Part shown: in pieces, positions 49,101-57,301 of the stretch
Position numbering within the stretch: position 1 is the stretch's first letter
Layout of the letters: each line of letters begins with the position of its first letter
Assembly (NCBI GenBank): GCA_946965045.2
Contig: OX337234.1
Coordinates: 3,286,001 to 3,350,000 of the forward strand
Direction of reading: 5' to 3'
DNA length: 64,000 bases
Source of the DNA: Epithemia pelagica
Lineage: Eukaryota; Protista; Bacillariophyta
Program-made: the position numbers and the translations under genes
Notes under the pieces: generated by a model
Told to the model about the DNA's origin: nothing
Seen by the model: the letters and a program-made list of their open reading frames with translations, nothing else
The model's database searches: none

Positions 49101-49519
49101 TGACCCGTGCGGGCATCAAAACAAGCGACGCGCAAGGATTCCGTTCCCCCATCCACACCCAACACCAAGGGACGAATCATTCTCTTTTTTGTCGTGGTGT
49201 CGTCATTCCGTGGTGTTGTTGTGGTTGGAGGAGTCGCATGTGGTGCAGTGGTGGTGGTGCTGGTTGTCTTGGTGGATACAGGAGGAGCACTCGGAGTTTG
49301 ACTGGCCTCTACGACTGCCAGTATCAGGAGTATTAGGATCATGGGCCACAGTGTGACACACGGTCCAAGCCACTGTTGCTGCCTCTTGGAATTCACCATG
49401 CATGTGTCGTGACGCATGGTTCTTGGTGGTTGGCTTGTCATGGTGCTGGTGGTTGTGGTTCGGTTGGCCTTTGGCGGGGCCATGCCTCGATGGTCGTCCC
49501 GTGTCGTTGTCATTTTCAT
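46181..49519 (-). CDS. FGGY-family pentulose (ribulo-/xylulo-) kinase fused to ribulose-5-phosphate 3-epimerase; start uncertain (49519 or 49399)
   Basis: Kinase motifs LGVDGGTESLR, LWMDQRS, EWMIPKALWL, GGPDA, ITGSS, FQGSRTP, AGGIANSPLWLQLHADIT; epimerase motifs ISPSLLACDF, LHVDVFDG, DLHM, GVSLNPQT, VEPGFGGQ, VDGGVN, all in one intronless ORF. Confidence 0.9.
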   Translation of the reverse strand: MKMTTTRDDHRGMAPPKANRTTTTSTMTSQPPRTMRHDTCMVNSKRQQQWLGPCVTLWPMILILLILAVVEASQTPSAPPVSTKTTSTTTTAPHATPPTTTTPRNDDTTTKKRMIRPLVLGVDGGTESLRVACFDARTGHIVGTPTSVPYPTHHPHPGWAEQDPHDWYRSLCQAVHETLQTVVVEQAQQQQQANPDEEEWQIVALCMDTTCCSVVALNAQYQPLRPALLWMDQRSAAQTKYMATVAAGHPTLSLNGGTHCPTISAEWMIPKALWLHQHEYEETWQRAQHIGEYQDYLNYQLTNRWVASACNAAVRWHWDARRAVVQTDNNDTNEDKNKDETNHNNHHHEMDPYPGRPLSLYRQLGISDLAKKLPQTCLAMGQTVGKLTERAARDLGFFNTATNTTLLCPTIDDLPIVIQGGPDAFVGMIGLGCLGSLLGSSNNDTTTTTSSTSTTTTTPSRIWGKSRQSPQIPKDSTSSSASPSPQLCLITGSSHLHCLIVPARPYPAVVRGGRGMWGPYQDAPLPGIAFAEGGQSSTGSLLKWAHSKLFAPSAVRQPPQPQPEDDKDDTNNSPTPTTSALSYAELDAWAATIPPGSNGLVALETFQGSRTPVTDPLARGALLGWTLSHTQGHVWRALMEGVCFGTRACLEALEEAAAASAADDDDNDSSTSTTTKPIPRCSEIILAGGIANSPLWLQLHADITNRPIRVFGPQHNAPLLGCAMLASVGVGLHASWHDAVQAMLPPSTVIYPNPETAAIYDRIYKKVYQNVASTVRPLVHAIHTHILSSNTPQEELDWNSNREPDTVGPASNQVGSVSLKMESSTRDETISTTTETDKEEESAPNDNDSKDDDDNESMVVDPIWKDVTISPSLLACDFGSMQREIHRCLDAGASRLHVDVFDGVALKSPDAFTFGPAMVQTIAKTLLNRKPTEASTQQEQQQPSMDLHMCVHQPERFVESMAEATRGVPCRFIFQWEGLPKWGRLHKALFLAKCLIDNHMECGVSLNPQTAVEEIYPLLQSGLLSVVDVLAVEPGFGGQVFQSHVLSKVQTLGTWKQQGLVDNSLDIMVDGGVNAQTARRMVDAGANLLVSGSYLFAHEHGIGRAIQELQTT

Positions 49520-50480
49520 CTCTTGCTCTGCCAGATCCAGAGGGGCTCGTCTCTTGTCCACAGAATCACAATCTTCAACTCCAAAGCAAGCAATCCGAAA
49601 CGTGTGAGCAATCCACAATCACAACAAGAACCAGGATCTCTGCTTTTTTGTTTGGTACACACACGCAAGCAAACAAGCAGAAGCAGCAGCAACGAATGGA
49701 GGATGATGGGTGTGTCCTCTCTCTCTCTCTCCTCCAGACTCCAGACACGCCACAAAGATTTTGATTGTGACACAAAAGATCTCATGGTCGTGCGTGTTCA
49801 CCTCCGTCTGTCTGACTGTGATCGCGTTACAGTCGCGTCTTATTCCCGAACCATCCGGAATTTGGAGAACTGTCAATCCCGAATTTGAGAATGGCCATGG
49901 CCGTTGACCGATAAAAATTACTACTGCCCTCGGCACTTTGAGCTTTGAGTCATGGTCGGCAGTATTACTTATGTGATGCTATCGGATAGGATCTGACGTC
50001 ATTATTGAAGTAGAGTACCCCTGACGTTGGATGCGTTATTCGGAAGCAAAGAGGCTTATGTAAAGTATATATGCTCTTTTATGAGCAGTACACGAGAATC
50101 GAGAATCCTTGCGAATCAGTTCGACATACGAGTACGAGTAACAAGATAACAAAAGGTCTACATTCGAGTAGTATTGTAGGGGTACAAAGAAGTACAAACC
50201 CAAAACCAGCGATGAGATGGTTCCAACGAGAGAAGAGATGAGAGAGGATCGACTCATCTTCATCATCATCATCATCATGGCCTCTTGCTCTCTTGTGTCT
50301 CCCTACTAGAACAATAAACCATCATCTCTCCCTGTCTTTTTGTTGCTGGCAAGAGCAACCGAGTCATTCACAGACGACGACTTCTTTGTACTACTATAGA
50401 ACAACAAAACCGGTTCCAGAGTGGGAACAACGAGAGGCAATGGACCCACGGAACGACGCGAGTTCTACTGCTACAGTGAT

Positions 50481-50512
<32 letters not shown>

Positions 50513-50521
50513 GACGATTCC

Positions 50522-53500
50522 ATGTCCGACCATGACGACGACGAAAGTGACCGCACACCAGCCATGAATGTTGTGGCTCCTCCTTCGCCAGATGACGACA
50601 ACGACAATGACACGAATGGGTTTACGCAGGCATTGAACCAGAACGACGACAACAAGCACAACAACAATGATCCAACCACCGACAAGAATGACAAGGACGA
50701 CGACGACGACCATTCTTCGGTGGATAGTCTGGAACAACGACACTTGGATCGTGTGCAATTGCAACACGAGACGCGGGCGAAGCAATTGTGGGGCATGGCG
50801 GCACCAGCGGGCATTGCCGTGGCCACCTTGTTGAGCAAATTGTCCTCGTCGGGGACGACAACCACGTCGGACGTGGTGGATCAGGACGATGTTGTGGCGG
50901 CCGCAGGTCTCCTTCAAGAATCCACAACGACGGCGGCGGCCGGAAGTCAAGCCACAACAGCTACCACAACCACAACAACGACGACAACAACAGCATCCGC
51001 TGCCTCCAGTCTCAGTACGTACAATAATTCCATTTCAGTAGGAGGGTTCCATCGTTTCTCCCTGTTTGGTTTCTCATTTCATTCATTTTGTGTGGTTGGT
51101 TGAGGTACTCCTTGTTACCGAGCACCGAGCCGTCTCAATCTCCATCCATTTCTCCCAGCAACGAACCCTCAAAAGATCCATCCGAGTCACCGAGTCAATT
51201 TCCTTCGACCAAACCCTCCGCGCTTCCGTCGCAAGCACCATCGTGGTTGCCGAGTGGCTTTCCGACTGCCACGCCATCCGAGCTACCATCACTAGATCCA
51301 AGCAAGAGTCCATCCTCCTCTCCGTCATCGTCCCCCAGCGTGATGCCCAGTGCATCTCCTACAGTAATACCGACCGCGGGCCCTTCCCACGAACCTTCAC
51401 GACAACCAACTGTGTCTCCCAGTGATTTGCCTTCGGTGGAACCAAGTTGGTTTCCTACCCATTACCCGAGTCCTCTTCCATCCAGTACCCCATCGACAGA
51501 TCCGACCATTTTGCCGAGCTTCCATCCGACAAGTGGACCGAGTCAATCGCCAAGCACAAATCCGTCGTCCTTCCCCAGTCGAACACCAAGCAATTCCCCT
51601 TCCGAAGAACCTTCTTCTCGACCAAGTGCACTTGCTTCTTCAGAACCAAGTTCCGATCCTAGTCTATCTCCGAGCTCTTGGCCTTCTTCCAATCCGACAA
51701 TCCATCCCAGCACACTCCCCTCAGAATCACCGAGCATCTTGCCTTCAGATCATCCAAGTATCTTGCCATCCCAGTTGCCATCTATGATTCCAAGCATCAA
51801 TCCCAGTTCTGAGCCGACAACGCAACCCTCTCAAGAGCCTTCCAATAATCCAAGCATTGTTCTCACTTTGTTCCCATCTGTGAACCCAAGTTCTTTACCA
51901 TCCGACTCCCCCACAAACGAACCTTCTGTCTTGCCCCGCATTGTGCCGACCGAGTTGCCAAGTCATGTTCCATCCTCTTCCCCGTCTTCACATCCTTCGG
52001 TGAATCCCTCTTCCACGCCAAGTCTCAAGCCGAGCAGTGATCCGTCGTCGTATCCCAGTATCCACCCCAGTGATACACCGAGTACATCACCTAGTCAAAA
52101 TCCTTCGGCTGCGTTGAGCCAAACTCCAAGCATGACTGGATCAAAGAGTCCCAGTGACTCCCCGAGTATATTCCCAACGTTAACACCAAGCATGGATGTT
52201 TCAAATTCACCTAGCCGTACAGTCTCAGAGGCCCCGAGTAACCTTCCGAGCAACTCGCCAAGCTCGGTCCCGAGTTCCGGGCCGTCCACTCTGCCGACCT
52301 TGAGGCCCACTCAATCAAGCAATGACCCAAGCTCATCGCCCAGTGACACGCCTTCATTTGCCCCCAGCGAAGAACCAAGCGCACAGCTGAGTTCTGTGCC
52401 TTCAACAAATCCCACAGACTCTCCGAGTTTCGTTCCATCTCAAAGTCCCTCCGGAAAACCAAGTGGTACACCAATCGTCCAAACATCGGAGTCTCCCTCA
52501 TTGCCACCTAGCACGAATCCTAGCGCTGTTCCGAGCAGTTCTCCGAGCTTTCTTCCAAGCGTATTTCCGTCATCGAGTCCAACCAGCACTCCGAGTTCAA
52601 TCCCTTCTACGGAGCCAAGCATGGACCCAAGCGCCGTTCCGAGTAGTACACCAAGCGTTGCTCCGAGTGACCGACCTTCGTCAATGCCAAGCAACAGACC
52701 CAGTTTTTCGCCTTCTGAACAACCAAGTGAGATTCCTAGTGCCATGCCTTCGCTCTATCCGTCATCACTTCCAAGCGGGATACCTAGTTCACTGCCGAGC
52801 GGGATTCCTTCATCATTTCCCTCCGAGGAACCTTCTGATTTGCCCAGTGACGCACCCTCGGTTGAACCAAGCAGTTTTCCGACACAGGATCCCAGTAGTG
52901 CTCCGAGCTCATTACCAAGTTCAGTTCCATCGGTTGAGCCCAGTATGACACCTACCAGTATGCCGTCACAATTCCCATCGGAGTCTCCCAGTGAGACACC
53001 TTCCAGTCGGCCCACATTCATGCCGACCACTTCTCAGCCAAGCAAGGAACCATCCGAATTCCCTAGCTCGCAACCTTCCGTTCTTCCAAGTACATTACCA
53101 TCCAAGTCTCCGTCATCATTCCCATCCTTGGATCCTTCAGACGATCCTTCGGTTGCACCATCTCCGCTGCCCAGTCATTCTCCTTCCGCCTTCCCATCGA
53201 CGTCCTTTCCGAGTGATAACCCCAGCTCAGAACCAAGTGGCTCTCCATCTTCTTAACCAAGCACATTTCCCTCAATGGAGCCCAGTTCTCTACCCAGCGT
53301 ACCTCCTTCGTCTGCTCCATCCGCCTCCCCATCCGATGTCGTGCCTCGAGTGGAATCGTTAGAATTTGTCAGTTTGCCAAGTCGATCAATCCTTGCGCCG
53401 GTGACCATGAATACCGTATACGGATGTGGGGTATTTGATGAACCCGTTGGAACTGATCCAGCGCTTGCTACTGTTCTAATCACTTCAATCGTCCCGACCT

Positions 53501-53684
53501 GGTGGAACAAATTAACCTGCTAGTCACGGTGGATTCGGTCCCTATTGTGGAAGAACAAGACTCGCAATCAATTGGGTTTCGCACATTTTCCAGTGGTCAG
53601 TATAGTGTCACTATATCTGTCTTTTCCGATGTCAATACTCTGGCCAGCGTCAAATCCATCAACTATGAGGTGAATTGTCCTTGA
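50522..53684 (+). pseudogene. Pro/Ser-rich (PSxxPS) repeat, mucin-like protein; disrupted
   Basis: About 720 aa of PSxxPS repeats (51088-53253); in-frame TAA at 53254-53256 after which the same repeat pattern resumes; frame change near 53470-53500; joining to upstream ORF 50522 is not cleanly phase-compatible. Confidence 0.6.
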
Positions 53685-54266
53685 AGACGTCGCTTTCTGT
53701 CTTAAATACTCAGCTAGCCTCGAATCGATCAGCTTTGCTGTGAATTGTCAACAGAGCGAGTAGAGTCCGTCCCCAGCAATCATGGAGTACGACGGATGAC
53801 CGTGTTCCCATAATGAGAGAAACGCAATCGACCAGGTGATTTGGCATTTTTTCTCCCATGGCAACGGTTCCCAGGGAGAAGGATCGGTTGTACAAGACAT
53901 TGAGGACAGCAGTTCTATGAGTGAACGGCTCAAATCAAAGTCCACATAACAACAACTATTGCTGAAGCACTTCCTCCTCACTTTTTCCGAGCGGAAAGAA
54001 AGGGATTCAGACAGAACGGATTCAGCACGAAGCGTAGGGCGTGAAATGCACCCCGGGCCACCTTGATTTGTCCGCTATGGACTGCCTTCGAAACGTATCA
54101 GCTCAAACGCTACTCTGAAATGCTTTGATATCGATTATTGAAGACAGAGACTTCTCGGTCGTGGTCATTCCCGAGGTATTCGTCAGGTTTTGAGGGGAAA
54201 TTGGAAGATTCACCTCAAACCCTCAACATTTCCATCTGCGATTTCCATTACAGTGACAATAGCAAC

Positions 54267-55670
54267 ATGGTGTTTTCTCGCAATAGTCTTAAGGACGGTC
54301 CCCGTCGTAAGAAGTCGAAGGTTTGTGAGTTCTTTTCTAGAGGAACTTGCAAGATGGGTGACCTTTGTAACTTTTCTCATGACCCGAAAGCTTTACTTGC
54401 TACGGTTGGAACCAACAAAGTCACGAAGACAATGGGTGAAACTGCAAAGACAAAAGCTTCTCAGTATTGTGGAAACAAAGGACGGAATGATGGAAACAGG
54501 GGAGTTCTATCCCTCGGAGAAGCCAAAGCTATTGAAGTATTCAAACTTGTGAGACCGTTTCTGAGCATCAAAGACTTGAAGAGATGTGAGCAATCAGGTC
54601 ATGCAGGTATTCGACAGTTCAGTAAGACTTTTACGTTTCAGGAAGTCCTTGAAAGAAAGCGCATTACCATCCGAGAATCAGATATGAGTGTGCTCCAGAA
54701 ACGAGCATTAAAACTCAGCCCTCGTGTGCAGAAACGTGAAATCCGGAAAAGCAAGGGGGCCAGTTTTTTGCAGTTCCATCCCGATGAGCTACCATATATT
54801 GATTCCTTGCTTCAAGAGCATCTGAATTCTCGCGATCTGCTCCTACAGTTCTTCTCTAAGGGGGGAGTTGGAACCACCTTGTTTACAAACAATATTGCTC
54901 CTTACCTCACAGTTGGCGACATGGTTCAATGCGCGAAAACTGGAAAGTCTCTTCACCGCCTTTGTAGAACCTACACTGTACCGGAACTGCTGCGTACCAA
55001 GCCACTGGAGCTCTCACGAGACCATCGAGTCCAACTAGGATGTGATGTGATGAAACAGGTGACAGCATATGGTTCCAGAAAGGAAAGGCCCACACGGATT
55101 ACCATCTTGAGTCCTTCCGAGTGCTTCCGGGCAAAGCTCTATCACCCGCAAGAACTAGATCAGGTGAACAGTTTAATTGATAAATACATGGCACTGCATG
55201 GGACACCCAAGGTCCTTCCATCAGCATCGAATTCGACGGAATCGGAAACAGCTCTGGTGGACGATTCGGAAAAGAACGAATCAAGTCGAACCCAAGGGGG
55301 CCAAGGCAATTTGGAGGACACTCCAGTTCTCGTGTCGACAGTATTCGGTCCTCGTGAGAGCTCCGTAAAGAGAGGAACGGACTCGAACAGTCTCGATGTG
55401 ACTGGTAGAATCAAGGAACTCGTCGTGACCGAGGGAGGTGGACATCGGTTGGTTCTTGTTCCTCCGCCGATTGTCAGGAATGCACATGGGAGTCGTAAGC
55501 GGGCTCCAACGACGATGCATTACTGGTACACCCGTCTTTTTGGCGATCCGTGCCCAAGGACCACGAAGGTACTTTTGGTCACGGTTTGTAACCCAGTGAC
55601 AAGAAAGAACACTACATTCAAGTTTGAAGAAAACCAAGTCGTAGATATTCCTCTTACCATTGAACCATGA
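54267..55670 (+). CDS. CCCH zinc-finger protein with two internal ~100-aa repeats starting with F-box-like segments
   Basis: CEFFSRGTCKMGDLCNFSH = C-x7-C-x5-C-x3-H; repeats VRPFLSIKDLKRC...FHPDELPYIDSLL and IAPYLTVGDMVQC...YHPQELDQVNSLI; intronless. Confidence 0.7.
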   Translation: MVFSRNSLKDGPRRKKSKVCEFFSRGTCKMGDLCNFSHDPKALLATVGTNKVTKTMGETAKTKASQYCGNKGRNDGNRGVLSLGEAKAIEVFKLVRPFLSIKDLKRCEQSGHAGIRQFSKTFTFQEVLERKRITIRESDMSVLQKRALKLSPRVQKREIRKSKGASFLQFHPDELPYIDSLLQEHLNSRDLLLQFFSKGGVGTTLFTNNIAPYLTVGDMVQCAKTGKSLHRLCRTYTVPELLRTKPLELSRDHRVQLGCDVMKQVTAYGSRKERPTRITILSPSECFRAKLYHPQELDQVNSLIDKYMALHGTPKVLPSASNSTESETALVDDSEKNESSRTQGGQGNLEDTPVLVSTVFGPRESSVKRGTDSNSLDVTGRIKELVVTEGGGHRLVLVPPPIVRNAHGSRKRAPTTMHYWYTRLFGDPCPRTTKVLLVTVCNPVTRKNTTFKFEENQVVDIPLTIEP

Positions 55671-55982
55671 TGGCATACTCTGGGCTATGAGAGAAGATTC
55701 ATGCCTTGAAGACCAGAGTTGTGGACTGACAAGGACCTGGTTTGTAGATTTCCTGCAAAGACTTTCTGCAAGGTATCAACGTATTAGTGATTCTCTGATA
55801 AGATTGATCTTGTTGACTCTTTTGTCTTAGACAAGCGTTGTTTGTATTGAGATTCAAGTCCGTAAGTATCGTCTTTAATTTTCGAGAACTTATTTCCTTT
55901 TTTTCGTTTCCCAGTTTCGTTTTTGTTGCGACGCATAGCTGGACTAGCTAGAGAGTTGAGGGGCAAAAGTGGGGGAGACGAC

Positions 55983-56024
55983 GACAAAATGGGGCAGCAA
56001 AATGGGGCAGTGCCCCATTTTGTC
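55983..56024. repeat. Perfect 14-bp inverted repeat with an extra copy of the arm in the loop
   Basis: gacaaaatggggca (55983-55996) and tgccccattttgtc (56011-56024); caaaatggggca at 55998-56009. Confidence 0.95.
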
Positions 56025-56110
56025 AATGAGAGTTCAGACGGAAACAGCGGAAATGGAGAGAAGATTTTGTGGATCTACGTCTATCCTACGTAGCCCAGTA
56101 CCAGAAGCCT

Positions 56111-56932
56111 GGTCATTTCTGGTCAATTTGGTCATTTCTGGTCAATTTTAGACGAGGCATGGCGTGCGCGGGCACGGACACTCAGGCATAAAAGTGACTG
56201 TCGCACGACAACGTGAGCCGATCAGACCATCTCGCAGAGCCCCACCCCATAAACAAGAACCCCAAATGCTATCTCTCGACTCTCAATTGTCTCATTTTTC
56301 CCGAAGAACAAAGAAAGCAAACCCTGGGGATGGATCCAATACATGCAACAATCAAACAAAGCTGTCAACACTACTTTATAAGGTAGAAAACGAGGACATC
56401 CTGTTACAAAGGATCCTGCATCCTGCATGGAAAAGCGAAAACTCTTGACCATCTATTCTACTTGGGATTGTAGCCTCTCGGCTTGGCTACCTACAAAAGA
56501 TGGGCTTAGGTAGATCGTCACAGTTCATGCAATAAAATATGGATCCATCCATGTCCACAACAAGCTGGAATGTGTGAATTGGAAACTGGTAGCTTTTCCC
56601 TTTCCAGTTTCCAATCAATAGATGATAGATATAGCTAATGCTACTGGTCGTCTAGGAGTACCTAGCTAGATTATCCTTTTCCTAGCTAGATGAGCCTAGT
56701 ATAGGTAGCGATCCTGAGTCCCGTATCGTATACATACTCGTGGACTCGTACTCGTAGGGGTCAGAGTCAGACTGGTTGGGACGGGATCCCAATCCCATCG
56801 GGCGTGGGGTGGGGGGTGCTGATTTTAGAACGGCTTAAATAAAATCCCGCCTACGCGGAAAATGTCGGCGCGCTCTGTAATGGCCTCTCCGACTCTAACC
56901 TAAAAAGTACAAAAAATTGACCAGAATTGACC
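56111..56932. repeat. 19-bp motif as a tandem pair (56111-56148) and an inverted copy (56914-56932) bracketing ~800 bp; possible MITE-like termini
   Basis: ggtcatttctggtcaattt x2; aaattgaccagaattgacc matches the reverse complement at 18 of 19 positions. Confidence 0.8.
56578..56615. repeat. Perfect 12-bp stem hairpin with 14-nt loop
   Basis: attggaaactgg / ccagtttccaat. Confidence 0.95.
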
Positions 56933-57301
56933 ATCGCCAGAATAGGATCTTCTGACCAGTACATAGCGGATAGAAGAAGACATAGAAGTCTCCTCCTCAA
57001 GACGACGGCTTAATGTGCTCAAGCTAATCTGGCGATAAAGGCCCAAGAGACTAACTGACGAATGCACAACTGACACATCGACAGAATATGCGACTGACAA
57101 TCCCAAGACGATCTCGTGCGTATCTTGAAGATCAAAGATCTACCAGTTTGCATGAAGACGACTTTGGATTGAAAGTTGATCGGGTCACTGTCTTTCAGGT
57201 TGATTGTTGGTTGAGGTGCTATACGCTGCAGGTATTGTATCTCCTCTTGTGATCATCTGTTTTTTGTTTTCTTTCGTCGTTTACGCCCTGCCACTGCCCC
57301 C

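Noticed and set aside
43864-49336. Long plus-strand ORFs (43864-44925, 47141-47896, 48263-49336)
   Set aside because: Antisense shadows of PTOX and the kinase-epimerase gene, with no recognisable motifs
56894-56906. ctaacctaaaa resembling a telomeric repeat
   Set aside because: Single degenerate unit, not an array
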